Below, piece after piece: positions 1-9,235 of a stretch of 64,000 nucleotides of DNA. The position numbers were made by a program, and so were the translations under genes. Under the pieces are notes generated by a model. That model saw only the letters and a program-made list of their open reading frames with translations, had not been told where the DNA came from and did not search any database. Position 1 is the stretch's first letter; every line of letters starts with the position of its first letter. The stretch comes from Candidatus Omnitrophota bacterium (GTDB lineage Bacteria; Omnitrophota; Gorgyraeia; Gygaellales; Profunditerraquicolaceae), in assembly GCA_023227985.1 (NCBI GenBank), contig JALOCB010000004.1, positions 7,442-71,441 on the forward strand, in the 5' to 3' direction.

Positions 1-360
1 CCTGAAATTCTTCGATGGCTTTTTTGCTCTTCGGACCGAGTTTTCCGTCTATAGAACCGCCGTAATAACCTGCGCTCCTGAGCGCGGACTGGATCTCTTT
101 AGCCGCCGGCTTGTATGGCCCGGACGGGGGCAAAGATCCCATTTTGGCTTCAGTAGTAGATATCACCGAAGCTACGGGCTGCGCCTCTTGGAAGGCGTCC
201 GCGGAAGAATCTGTTACTGCGATGGTCTCGGTTTTAAGCCTGTTCAGGTCCTCGGGAGACATCGGTTGCTGTAATTCTTCAAGGGTAGGCTCATTTTTAG
301 AGCAACCGCCAAGCGAAATACCCAGGGCTAAAACTAAAATAATAAATCCGTATTTTCTCA
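1..360 (-). CDS. lipoprotein with C-terminal peptidoglycan-binding-like domain; 3' end runs off the window start
   Basis: The ORF is open at the window edge, so it is absent from the ORF track. A reverse-strand ATG lies at about 360. The translation begins MRKYGFIILVLALGISLGGCSKNEPTLEEL, which is a signal peptide with a lipobox, and ends ...SALRSAGYYGGSIDGKLGPKSKKAIEEFQ, which resembles a PG_binding_1 motif. The opposite-strand ORF 111..398 is judged spurious. Confidence 0.5.
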
Positions 361-428
361 TCTTTTCTTTATTCCCCCTTTCTGATAATTCATTTTAATG
401 CCTGTCTTGAAAAAATCAAGGTAAAATA

Positions 429-890
429 TTACGCGGCCGGGCCGGCCAGCCTCTGCCTGACCAGTTCGCTGACCAGTTTACCGTCAGCGCTACCCGCGAT
501 CCTGGCAAGGACTTCTTTCATCACCCTGCCCATATCCTTTATCCCTGACGCCCCTAAAGACGCCGCTGTTTCCTCGACGATCTTCTTTACCGCCTCAGCG
601 GAAAGCTCCTCAGGCAAATAGGCCTTTAATATATCCAGTTCTTTTTTTTCTTTCTCCGCCAGTTCGGGGCGGCCTCCGGAGGTAAATTGTTCAATGGAAT
701 CCTGGTGCTGTTTGATCATTTTTTTCACCACTGCCAGCGATTCCGCATCCTCCAGCTTGTCCTTCTTCTTTTCCAGCGCCGCATAGCTTATCTGGGCGCG
801 CAGAAAACTCAAGGTTGAAACAGCCAAAGCATTCTTGTTCTTCAACGCATTCTTATAATCGATCATTAACTTTTCTTCAAGCATAGTCAT
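429..890 (-). CDS. GatB/YqeY domain-containing protein
   Basis: The stretch MTMLEEKLMIDYKNALKNKN...VKKIVEETAASLGASGIKDMGRVMKEVLARIAG is typical of the YqeY family, which is about 150 aa long. The track ORF is extended to 971 through the adjacent hairpin-repeat array; that extension is probably non-coding, and the true start is the internal Met at about 890. Confidence 0.7.
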   Translation of the reverse strand: MTMLEEKLMIDYKNALKNKNALAVSTLSFLRAQISYAALEKKKDKLEDAESLAVVKKMIKQHQDSIEQFTSGGRPELAEKEKKELDILKAYLPEELSAEAVKKIVEETAASLGASGIKDMGRVMKEVLARIAGSADGKLVSELVRQRLAGPAA

Positions 891-906
891 CTCCTTGAGC
901 ACGGGC

Positions 907-1180
907 TCAACACCGACTTTTCCGATAAAGTCGGGTGTAAAATACCTCGTACTTAACACCAACCTTTCCAATCAGGTTGGGTGTAAATACCTTTGACTCA
1001 ACACCGACTTTTCCGATAAAGTCGGGTGTAAAATACCTCGTACTTAACACCAACCTTTTCAATCAGGCTGGGTGTAAAATACCTTTGACTTAACACCAAC
1101 CTTTTCCCGCAAAGGCGGGATACTGGCGTAACCATTTACGCCAGGTGCCAATTAGGCCGGGTGTATATTAGAATAACACC
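907..1180. repeat. tandem array of five palindromic hairpin units (ACACC-stem-loop-stem-GGGTGT), REP/BIME-like
   Basis: Units of about 45 bp alternate between two types: A (caacaccgacttttccgataaagtcgggtgtaaaatacctcgtactt, occurring twice) and B (aacaccaacctttccaatcaggttgggtgtaaatacctttgact, occurring twice), followed by one longer degenerate unit. Each unit is an inverted repeat. On the minus (sense) strand the loop reads AUCGGAAA. The array lies between the YqeY-like gene and the sugar kinase gene. Confidence 0.8.
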
Positions 1181-2067
1181 AGCTCGCGGAAGGCCCTCAG
1201 CCTTTTTTCCAGGTCATTGAGCCGTAACCTCGCGGTCTTTTCCACCCCAAACCCTTCCACATTGAATGAGGCGGCGATCGTCCCGTATCCCAGGGCCCGT
1301 TTAATGCTCATACGATCAAGCTTCTTCCTGGTCGAAAGGTAGCCGATGAACCCGCCGGCAAAGGTATCTCCCGCGCCGGTAGGATCGATCACTTTATCCA
1401 CAGGATAAGCCGGCAGGCAGAAAACAGAACTGCCGCCGCAAAAAATCACCCCGTGCTCCCCCTTTTTTATCAGAACCATCTTAGGCCCGAGCTTTTCCAG
1501 ACAGCGCCCCGCTTTTATCAGGTTACTCTCCCCGGTCAGATCCCGGGCTTCCTGATCATTAGCCACATAGATATCCACGCGCTTAAACAGCTTTAAAAGG
1601 GCCTGTTTCTTGTTATGTATCCAAAAATTCATGCTGTCCAAACCGATCAGCCGGCTATCAGGCATATAATCCAAGAGCCTGGACTGGATATCCGGATCCA
1701 CATTGGCCAGGAAAATATTTTTTATCTTGCTCTGCCTCGGCTCGATCCTTGGGGAAAAACCCAGAAGCACCCCTAACTGCGTATCTTTGGTCAAGGCACA
1801 ATTCAGGTCGCCTTCATACTCCCCCTCCCATTTAAAGGTCTTGCCGCTTGAACGGATCAGCGAATCCAGGATCACGCCTTTTCTTCTCAAGAATTCGATA
1901 TGCCTGGCAGGGAAATCTTTTCCGACTATAGCCGACAAATGCACGTCGGTAAAAAGCCTGGCGGACATTGAAAAATGCACCGCCGAACCACCGAGCATAT
2001 GTTTGCGCAGGCCATGCGGGGTTTTGACCGTATCCAGAGCCACTGTTCCTAAAACCAGAATGCTCAT
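1168..2067 (-). CDS. PfkB-family carbohydrate kinase (ribokinase-like)
   Basis: The C-terminal motif DPTGAGDTFAGGF is the ribokinase-family anion hole. The N-terminal sequence LVLGTVALDTV is a sugar-kinase glycine-rich lid. Length is 299 aa. Confidence 0.75.
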   Translation of the reverse strand: MSILVLGTVALDTVKTPHGLRKHMLGGSAVHFSMSARLFTDVHLSAIVGKDFPARHIEFLRRKGVILDSLIRSSGKTFKWEGEYEGDLNCALTKDTQLGVLLGFSPRIEPRQSKIKNIFLANVDPDIQSRLLDYMPDSRLIGLDSMNFWIHNKKQALLKLFKRVDIYVANDQEARDLTGESNLIKAGRCLEKLGPKMVLIKKGEHGVIFCGGSSVFCLPAYPVDKVIDPTGAGDTFAGGFIGYLSTRKKLDRMSIKRALGYGTIAASFNVEGFGVEKTARLRLNDLEKRLRAFRELVLF

Positions 2068-2085
2068 TATCTTCTCCTAAACAGA

Positions 2086-2832
2086 TCAATGAATGAATAA
2101 AAAAACCGCCAGAGAGACCGCGATACAGTAATAGCCGAAATAATGAAACCCGGCTTTATCCATAACCTTCTTCAATAACGCCAAAGCCAATAGCCCGGAT
2201 AGAAAACTGACCGTAAAACCGATAGCCATAACCAACAGGTTCCCTTTTAAGACGGACCCGATATCCTTTGCCTCTAAGATCCCTGCTCCTAAGATCACCG
2301 GCAATCCTACTATGAATGAAAGAACAAAGCTGGCGGACCGATCCAGCTTGCGGAATAACAGCGTGGATATGGTCACCCCTGAACGCGAGATCCCGGGGAT
2401 GATCGCGATAGCCTGGGTAAAGCCCAGCACGGTCGCGTCTTTAAGATTGATCTCTTTTCTCTTTCCATCCATTGCTTTCTTGGTAAATAAAAGCAACAGC
2501 CCGGTGGCGAACCAGGCCAAGGCAACCGCCCGGGGGCTGGAAAACAAACCTTCAAAAAACTCTTTCCCTAATAAACCCGCCGCCCCGGTAATGAACGTCG
2601 CCAGCAAGATCAATAATATCAATCTGGCATTACTGAACGCCTTCAAGATCTCCCGAAAAAAGAAAACCAATATCGCCAGCAATGTGCCTATGTGCAGGAT
2701 CACGGATAAAGCCACTTCTTGCCCGCTCAAACCTAAAAGCCGCTGGCAGATCACCAGATGCCCGGAGCTGCTTACCGGCAAGAACTCGGTCAACCCCTGA
2801 ATCAAACCTAAAATAATGAATTTAAAGACCAT
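2086..2832 (-). CDS. uppP: undecaprenyl-diphosphate phosphatase
   Basis: Contains the GLTEFLPVSSSGH and PGISRSG signature motifs of BacA/UppP. The protein has multiple transmembrane helices and is 248 aa long. Confidence 0.9.
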   Translation of the reverse strand: MVFKFIILGLIQGLTEFLPVSSSGHLVICQRLLGLSGQEVALSVILHIGTLLAILVFFFREILKAFSNARLILLILLATFITGAAGLLGKEFFEGLFSSPRAVALAWFATGLLLLFTKKAMDGKRKEINLKDATVLGFTQAIAIIPGISRSGVTISTLLFRKLDRSASFVLSFIVGLPVILGAGILEAKDIGSVLKGNLLVMAIGFTVSFLSGLLALALLKKVMDKAGFHYFGYYCIAVSLAVFLFIH

Positions 2833-2850
2833 CTCTCGGATAATAGGATT

Positions 2851-4662
2851 TTATATCTGGCTCATTGCTATTTCTACCAGGCCGGGATCCCAGCCATGGC
2901 CGACCAATTCAGCCTCTATCTGGCGAAGCTCCATCCCTTGTTCTTTCTTGCGGGAAATAAACACCGCTAAAACAGTAAGATTGTACCTCTGGTTGGCGTT
3001 CAAAGCCAGTCTTATTTCTTGGGCTTTTTCCGGGCGGTTAAGCAGGTAAGCAATTACCGCAAATCCCAGCGGGATAAGCATCAGCGTTAAAGATCCCCAA
3101 AATAGATACCCCGGGCTTTTCCCCAATATATACGCGGCGGCGGCCCAGAATACGTCAAAAAGGTAATGCGCGACGATCAGGGGAATAAGCCCGTATTTGA
3201 TAAAAATAAACCCGAGAAATAACCCGATCAGGGTAACCTCTATTCCCCTGAACCATACGGGGAATATCGCGTATTGCGTGTGGCCAAACCCCCAGATCGC
3301 CGCGCTCACGCATACGGCGATCAGGGTGCTGCGCAGGTATTTCCTGAGCCAGGTTATTCCGAAGAGCCGAAAGACTATCTCTTCGGTAAAGCTGGCGGTC
3401 AGGCCGATCGCCAACGCGCTCAAAAAGGGTATATACGCCGAAGAAAACTGGGTTAATTTCAGCCATTGCTTCCAGACCCCGAAATACTTCTGCCCTATGA
3501 AGAATAAACCGGCCTGCAAACCGATCATTATCAGGAATATCAGATAACCCAAGGCGATATTCCCCGCCATGCCCCTGCCCCAAAAAGTAGACCGTATAAA
3601 ATAAAAAAACGTGTTCCCCTGGCGCAAGCCCGGCGCGTCCTGATGCAAGGACTCCCCCGCCATCCCCGGAATGATAAAGATCACGCTTATGAACAGGACA
3701 TTCATCAAAGAACGCAGGAAATATATGCCCAGGTATGAAGACAAAGATACGCTGGTAGAGTAATTGCTGAACACGGCCTGGAGATTATTGAAGGCCGCAG
3801 CGATATTTACTGCTGCCAGAAAAAACGCCAGATAAATAAACCATTTTCTGGAAGTGGCTATCACTATGCCCGAAAGCCTGGTGATAGTATGGATTATTGC
3901 CATAACCACCAAAGCGATGAACATAATATAAGAAAAATTAAAAACGTATTCGCCCACCGCCAGTTGCCGGTCAAGATAACGGTAAAATTTCTCCGGGATA
4001 TCCAGTATATTGCGATAGAACGACCTTACCTCATCGCCCGAAACAACAGCCCCGATAATTACTTTTGCCCCGCCCTCATTCTGGCCCCAGGGCAGATAAA
4101 CGCCCTTCTTCTCCCAGGAAAAGCTGTAATCAACGCGATTATCCAGCTTCTTCGCTTTTTCCTCGTTAAAGTCATAATCCCGGGGATTAAGCCCGCAATT
4201 CGTCTTAAGGAAATCTTCGGCTATCGCCCTGGCGTTCTCTTTGCCGTTATCCGGCCTTGATTCTATATCATCGATTCTGTGCTCAAAAAAGAAGACATCC
4301 CCGCTTTTCGGGCTGATCTCCAGGGTATATTCTTCTTTTTGCAATTGCCGGAAGAACCTTACCCGCCAAAAGAACAATTCGCCGCCGTGTTCCCTGAGGA
4401 ATTTCTCCTCGTTTTCCGGGCCGACGGTCTTCTGCAAATAAGTATCCGCCCAGTCATTGGCCAGGAATATCACGGACCTAAGATAACCCCGGCAAACCAC
4501 GCCTTTGCCGTTCAAATATTTTTCCGCCCTGGCCAGGGCTTGCTTCTTATCGATCGACAGGTCAACGAATGAAAATTCCGGGTAAGCGCACTTTAGCCAC
4601 ACCGCCAGGCCCAAGGCCGCGATTACCGAGAACAAGGCCCACTCTTTGAAGGAGATCTTCAT
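2851..4662 (-). CDS. CPBP-family (CAAX/Abi) intramembrane metalloprotease with a large N-terminal extracytoplasmic domain
   Basis: The C-terminal half carries the Abi/CPBP motifs EEIVFR, FGxxH (WGFGHTQY) and HYLFD. The N-terminal part of about 260 aa begins with a signal-anchor and has no recognisable domain. The protein has multiple transmembrane helices. Confidence 0.65.
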   Translation of the reverse strand: MKISFKEWALFSVIAALGLAVWLKCAYPEFSFVDLSIDKKQALARAEKYLNGKGVVCRGYLRSVIFLANDWADTYLQKTVGPENEEKFLREHGGELFFWRVRFFRQLQKEEYTLEISPKSGDVFFFEHRIDDIESRPDNGKENARAIAEDFLKTNCGLNPRDYDFNEEKAKKLDNRVDYSFSWEKKGVYLPWGQNEGGAKVIIGAVVSGDEVRSFYRNILDIPEKFYRYLDRQLAVGEYVFNFSYIMFIALVVMAIIHTITRLSGIVIATSRKWFIYLAFFLAAVNIAAAFNNLQAVFSNYSTSVSLSSYLGIYFLRSLMNVLFISVIFIIPGMAGESLHQDAPGLRQGNTFFYFIRSTFWGRGMAGNIALGYLIFLIMIGLQAGLFFIGQKYFGVWKQWLKLTQFSSAYIPFLSALAIGLTASFTEEIVFRLFGITWLRKYLRSTLIAVCVSAAIWGFGHTQYAIFPVWFRGIEVTLIGLFLGFIFIKYGLIPLIVAHYLFDVFWAAAAYILGKSPGYLFWGSLTLMLIPLGFAVIAYLLNRPEKAQEIRLALNANQRYNLTVLAVFISRKKEQGMELRQIEAELVGHGWDPGLVEIAMSQI

Positions 4663-4666
4663 ATTT

Positions 4667-5290
4667 TTATTTGCGGGACGCCAGGAATCTATCCAGGTCC
4701 TCCGGCAGGTCCGCCTGAAGCCGTAAGCATTTGCCCGTTACCGGGTGTGTAAAATCCAGGGAAAACGCGTGCAGGCACAGCCGCTTATGTCTCAATGCGT
4801 AATCCTTGCGAAAAGCGAACTTGGTTTCGCCGACGATAGGATGCCCTATTCCTTTAAAATGTATGCGTATCTGATTTGTCCTTCCGGTTTCCGGGCTGAC
4901 CTTGACCACGCTGAAATCCCCGCGTCTTTCCAGCACCTCGAACCTGGTAACCGCCTGTTTGCCTTCAATCGGAACGCGGATATTTCCGCCGGGCTGGTTT
5001 ATTCTTTTCTGGACAAAGGCGATATAGGTCTTTTTTACTTTATGCCGGCGAAAAAGGTCCATAATCTGGTCCTGGATCGGCCGGGATTTGGCGTAGATTA
5101 TCAAGCCGGATGTTTCGCGGTCCAGGCGATGGCAGGGATAAAACCGGTTTTTTCCGGAGGCCTGGCTCTCTTCATTCAATATGCTGGTCAGCGTGCGGGA
5201 TTCGTTCTTGGGGGTAGGTACGGTAAGAAGCCCGGCAGGTTTATCCAGAATGATCAACCAATCATCTTCATATACAACCGGGATATTCAT
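4667..5290 (-). CDS. RluA-family pseudouridine synthase
   Basis: Contains the HRLDRETSGLI catalytic-Asp motif, and the segment NQIRIH...HP is typical of the RluA/RsuA family. Length is 207 aa. Confidence 0.85.
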   Translation of the reverse strand: MNIPVVYEDDWLIILDKPAGLLTVPTPKNESRTLTSILNEESQASGKNRFYPCHRLDRETSGLIIYAKSRPIQDQIMDLFRRHKVKKTYIAFVQKRINQPGGNIRVPIEGKQAVTRFEVLERRGDFSVVKVSPETGRTNQIRIHFKGIGHPIVGETKFAFRKDYALRHKRLCLHAFSLDFTHPVTGKCLRLQADLPEDLDRFLASRK

Positions 5291-5309
5291 TAATTAACGT
5301 GTATAAAAC

Positions 5310-6233
5310 CTAGATTATCTCAAGCATCTTGTCGATAGCATGCCTGGCGCGCTTGCGGATATCATCACAGACGCGCACCTCCATCTGCATGTTCTGCAGG
5401 GCCCAGAGTATCTTCTCCTGGGTGGTGCGTTTCATATTCGGGCAGACCGCTCTTTCCGAAGCCGGATAAAATTCCTTATCCGGGTTATCCTGCTTCAGCC
5501 GGTAAACCACCCCGACCTCTGTACCGACAATAAACTCTTTTGCGTCGTTTTCCGCGGCAAACTTTCCCATCTGGCTTGTGGATAACACGGCATCGGCCAT
5601 GGCTACCGCTTCAGGCAGGCATTCCGGATGCACCAGGACCTTGGCCTGGGGATGGAATTTCTTTTCTCTCTTTATGTCTTCCGGGAGTATCTTTACATGC
5701 GTGGGGCAAAACCCATTCCAGGTTATCAGTTTTCTGCCGGTTTTCTTGGCCACAAAATCACCCAGGTATTTATCCGGGACGAAGATTATCTCTTCTTTGT
5801 CTTTAAAGGCGTTGACCACTGCTACGGCATTGGTCGAAGTACAACAGACATCCAGCTCCGCTTTTACCTCGGCGGATGTATTCACATAACCGACCACTAC
5901 GGCTTTAGGATGGTGCTTTTTGAGCTTCTTCAGGTCCTCAGCGGTCATCATATTAGCCATAGGACAGCCGGCAAGGACATCCGGAACAATGACTTTTTTG
6001 TCCGGGCAGAGTATCGAAGAGGTTTCCGCCATAAAATGCACCCCGCACAACACGATCACCTTAGCCGGGCTCTTAGCGGCAATACGGGCCAACTCCAACG
6101 AATCCCCGCGGAAATCCGCCACCTCCTGCACCTCCGGAAGCTGATAATTATGCGCCAGGATCACCGCATTATGCTTTTTCTTTAATTCAGCGATAGCCTT
6201 GCTGAAATCGGCTTTGAATTTTTTTTCTGTCAT
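5310..6233 (-). CDS. nadA: quinolinate synthase
   Basis: Contains ILAHNYQ, CGVHFMAET and three conserved Cys regions that ligate the Fe-S cluster in NadA. Length is 307 aa. Confidence 0.9.
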   Translation of the reverse strand: MTEKKFKADFSKAIAELKKKHNAVILAHNYQLPEVQEVADFRGDSLELARIAAKSPAKVIVLCGVHFMAETSSILCPDKKVIVPDVLAGCPMANMMTAEDLKKLKKHHPKAVVVGYVNTSAEVKAELDVCCTSTNAVAVVNAFKDKEEIIFVPDKYLGDFVAKKTGRKLITWNGFCPTHVKILPEDIKREKKFHPQAKVLVHPECLPEAVAMADAVLSTSQMGKFAAENDAKEFIVGTEVGVVYRLKQDNPDKEFYPASERAVCPNMKRTTQEKILWALQNMQMEVRVCDDIRKRARHAIDKMLEII

Positions 6234-6294
6234 CTTGATCTAATCCTTTTGCTTATGATTATACCGTATCATTACCACGGCCGCAATCCCCTTA

Positions 6295-7080
6295 TTAAGA
6301 CAAGGGCATTTTATCAAAAATATATTCCCGCATCAACAGCACATAACCTATCCCGCCCGATCCTTTTATCTTCAAAGGGATCTTGCGCTGATCGGCGCTG
6401 ATCCATATTTCAAACCGGCTGGGTGAGCTCTGAAAATGATAGGATTTGAATGTGCCTGCGGGAACAGTCACATCTTCCATGCCGGTGAACTGTATTTCAA
6501 AACTCTGAGTGGGCAGGTTAGCCTTGAATGTCCAACCCTGCTCCAATTTAGCCATTCGCCTTACGCAATATGGCAATAATATGGCGTTCTGAATCGGGCC
6601 GTTTCGCTGGATCTCAGTCTGCTGCGGTTTATTCTTGCCGACGAATTTAGTTATGACCAGATGATATTTTTGCTGGTCATAATCCTCGATGATCTGTTCC
6701 TTTTTAGGCCAGGATAAAATATCCCGGACTACCTTCAAAGGCAGGTACGTATCCGGGTCTCCGTAGATCATCTCCTGGTCGACAAAATGAAAAAGCTCGG
6801 TTTTAAAGCTGATCTGATTTACGGTTTTGCCGTTAAGCTCTACCTTTGCCAAGTGATGGAATTCCGCCTTGCCCAGCCGGACATTGCCCATTTTAACGTC
6901 ATAAATGATCTTCTCGCCGACGCGTTCGGGGAATTCCTGCTTTTTTGTTTCCGTTTTTTTCACCGGCGCTGCCCCTGCGGGGCCATGCCGGACTGCCTTC
7001 TCCAGCACCAGTATGATCAGGACCGCAAACAGGGCTATTAAAAGTAATACAGTGTATTTACGCATCATTAATTGCGGCAT
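6295..7080 (-). CDS. hypothetical membrane-anchored protein (possibly DUF3108-like)
   Basis: Has an N-terminal transmembrane anchor (VLLLIALFAVLIILVL). No catalytic motif was recognised. Length is 261 aa. Confidence 0.4.
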   Translation of the reverse strand: MPQLMMRKYTVLLLIALFAVLIILVLEKAVRHGPAGAAPVKKTETKKQEFPERVGEKIIYDVKMGNVRLGKAEFHHLAKVELNGKTVNQISFKTELFHFVDQEMIYGDPDTYLPLKVVRDILSWPKKEQIIEDYDQQKYHLVITKFVGKNKPQQTEIQRNGPIQNAILLPYCVRRMAKLEQGWTFKANLPTQSFEIQFTGMEDVTVPAGTFKSYHFQSSPSRFEIWISADQRKIPLKIKGSGGIGYVLLMREYIFDKMPLS

Positions 7081-7087
7081 ATCCGGG

Positions 7088-7534
7088 TCATTTCCCGAGT
7101 ATCCTTAAAAGATTAAGCCCGGTCTTAGGATCGATCCCTTTGGTCGCCTTAAGTCCCTTAAGCTCAAAAACAACCGCCTCGATCACCAGGAAGATGCGAG
7201 AATCCTTGCGCACGCATCCGGTAAGGGACTTCGCCTTCTTGCCAATTGAACTGTGGATATGTATTTGCGGGCCCGCGGCATTGGTATAAACCGTGCCGAT
7301 GCCCATAGCCTCCCAACCATCTTTGAAATTCACCCAGTTGGGCTGCGGTGGGATAACCGGTTTTTTCGGCCCGGTGACCAGGTTGCCTTTTTTGAGCGCA
7401 CCCAGAAAAACGAATACGCAGGTCTTGACCTTCTCACGGCGGCAGAATCTTTCGACTTCCTTAAGCATTACATCATCATCGCTGAATTTCAAAAGGAATA
7501 TTCTGCCCAACTTGCCCTTGGTATATTCCATCAA
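7088..7534 (-). CDS. PPC (DUF296) domain protein
   Basis: Contains a ...GPQIHIHSSIG...GG..R...IFLVIEAVVFE pattern that resembles the PPC/DUF296 fold motif (hLHhslad...GG.l...lEvvl). Length is 148 aa. Confidence 0.5.
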   Translation of the reverse strand: MMEYTKGKLGRIFLLKFSDDDVMLKEVERFCRREKVKTCVFVFLGALKKGNLVTGPKKPVIPPQPNWVNFKDGWEAMGIGTVYTNAAGPQIHIHSSIGKKAKSLTGCVRKDSRIFLVIEAVVFELKGLKATKGIDPKTGLNLLRILGK

Positions 7535-7542
7535 ATCCTCCG

Positions 7543-8499
7543 CTATCTCAGATGCACGATGTCCCCGGCCATGAATTTCTCCACTATCCCGGAATCCCTG
7601 CGCACCAAAAGCCCTCCGTCCGAATCAATATCCAAGGCCTGGCCTTCCAGATGTTCTTTACGACAGGCCAGTTTTATCCTGCGGCCAAGGGTAATATTAT
7701 ACCCGCGCCATTTATCCAATATTGTCGCGCTGCCTTTTTTGGCAAAGATACCGTAGTTCTCCTCGACCCTGCGCAGGATCTCTTTTAAAAGCTCCTGCCG
7801 GTTGACCTCTTCTTTCTTCTCTTCTTTCAATGAAACGGCCCCCGGGACCAATTCTTCCCGGCTGTTATTCACGTTCAGGCCGAAACCGATTATCACAAAA
7901 TTAGCCGCATCGATCTCGCCTTTAAGCTCGGTCAATATCCCGCCTAATTTCTTTCCGTTGGCCAGGATATCATTCGGCCATTTTATCTGTGTTGTAACCC
8001 CGGCATACTCTTTTATCCCTTCACAGATACTTACCGCGGTCATTAAGGTAAGCACGGGTATCTGGCTGGACGGTATATCCGGCCTTAATATAAATGTGCA
8101 ATAGATGCCTTTGTATCTCGTGGATACCCAACTGCGGCCCAGCCTGCCTCTGCCTTTGGTCTGATATTCCGCGATAACCGCGGTGCCTTCGGCAACGCCC
8201 TGGCTGCATAATTCCATTGCCGCGTCCATTGTAGAAGGCAAATGGTCGTAATAATGGATCTTGCGGCCGATAAATTTTGTTCCCAGGCCTTCGGCTATTT
8301 CCGCGGGATACAATCTGTCCGGGCAGGATAAGATACGGTACCCCAAATGCGGGATCGCGACTATATCATAACCGTCATCCCTCAGTTCCTGGATGTGTTT
8401 CCACAAAGCCTGCCGGGTCACTCCCAGGTGCCGGCTTATATCTTCCCCGGAAATATATTCGGTTTTTTTTCGTAAAAGCCCGAGTATCTTATCCTGCAT
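7543..8499 (-). CDS. birA: bifunctional biotin-[acetyl-CoA-carboxylase] ligase / biotin operon repressor
   Basis: The N-terminal helix-turn-helix (ISGEDISRHLGVTRQALWKHIQELRDDG) is followed by a BPL catalytic domain (GKGRGRLGRSW, KWPNDI) and a C-terminal SH3-like domain. Confidence 0.85.
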   Translation of the reverse strand: MQDKILGLLRKKTEYISGEDISRHLGVTRQALWKHIQELRDDGYDIVAIPHLGYRILSCPDRLYPAEIAEGLGTKFIGRKIHYYDHLPSTMDAAMELCSQGVAEGTAVIAEYQTKGRGRLGRSWVSTRYKGIYCTFILRPDIPSSQIPVLTLMTAVSICEGIKEYAGVTTQIKWPNDILANGKKLGGILTELKGEIDAANFVIIGFGLNVNNSREELVPGAVSLKEEKKEEVNRQELLKEILRRVEENYGIFAKKGSATILDKWRGYNITLGRRIKLACRKEHLEGQALDIDSDGGLLVRRDSGIVEKFMAGDIVHLR

Positions 8500-8557
8500 A
8501 TGGCCTCAAAGATTATCCTGTTGTCAGCTGTTTATTCAACCGGAGGGCAAGAAAGAT

Positions 8558-8965
8558 CTAAAAATGCAGTTCCATGGCATGCGTGGGACAAACCTTTACG
8601 CAGAGCTCGCAGGCAATGCATTTCTTCTCATGGAAGAGTATTTTACGGGTCTGGGGATCGACCACCAGCGCCTGGGCCGGACAAATAGGCACGCATAAAC
8701 CGCAATCCGTGCATTTAGCGGTATTACGGATAATATCCTCTCCCAAAGGCTGCATCTTTACTCCGGATGAATTCAGGTATTCCAGGCCTTTCTTGAAATC
8801 ATCGGACTGTCCGATCAATTCCAGGACCATCAACCCTTCTTCCTGTGGAGTAACGTAAGCCTTAAGGATATTAAATTTGAGGTTATAATCCTTCACTAAC
8901 TTGTAAACTATCGGCTGGTCAACCAGGCGATGCGGGAAATGAAGGACTATTCGTTTTGTGGTCAT
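8558..8965 (-). CDS. NIL-domain 4Fe-4S ferredoxin (homocysteine-biosynthesis partner)
   Basis: The sequence runs MTTKRIVLHFP...NIL domain... followed by two CxxCxxCxxxCP ferredoxin motifs. The likely start is the internal Met whose ATG overlaps the stop codon of the upstream NifU-like gene as ATGA. The track ORF is extended to 9061. Confidence 0.7.
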   Translation of the reverse strand: MTTKRIVLHFPHRLVDQPIVYKLVKDYNLKFNILKAYVTPQEEGLMVLELIGQSDDFKKGLEYLNSSGVKMQPLGEDIIRNTAKCTDCGLCVPICPAQALVVDPQTRKILFHEKKCIACELCVKVCPTHAMELHF

Positions 8966-9183
8966 ACGGCGACTACCTCTTTTACCTCCGGGACCTCTTG
9001 TTTTAGTATGCGTTCTATGCCCATTTTCAGGGTCATCTGGCTCATCGGACAACAGCCGCATGCCCCGGTCAACCTTACCTTGACTATGCCTTCAGGCGTA
9101 ACTTCTACCAGATCGACATTGCCGCCTTCAACAGCCAGCATCTCTCTTACTTTATCCAAAGCCTTCTCTACTTTTACTTTCAT
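8962..9183 (-). CDS. NifU-like Fe-S cluster domain protein
   Basis: The 73-aa protein carries GACGCCPMSQMTL, the C-terminal CxxC motif of the NifU domain. Confidence 0.7.
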   Translation of the reverse strand: MKVKVEKALDKVREMLAVEGGNVDLVEVTPEGIVKVRLTGACGCCPMSQMTLKMGIERILKQEVPEVKEVVAV

Positions 9184-9235
9184 TTAAGCTCCTTAATGAC
9201 CCGAGGCAACCGGATGTCGGCTGTCCGGATAGTTT

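Noticed and set aside
111-398. 95-aa plus-strand ORF at the window start
   Set aside because: It is antisense to a much more convincing minus-strand lipoprotein gene that has a signal peptide, a lipobox and a PG-binding-like C-terminus. It has no motifs of its own.
907-1180. Possible CRISPR array
   Set aside because: The units are individually palindromic. They alternate between two sequence types with no unique, fixed-length spacers. No cas genes are nearby. This is REP/MITE-like rather than CRISPR.
5628-6185. 185-aa plus-strand ORF
   Set aside because: It is antisense to nadA, which has clear signature motifs.
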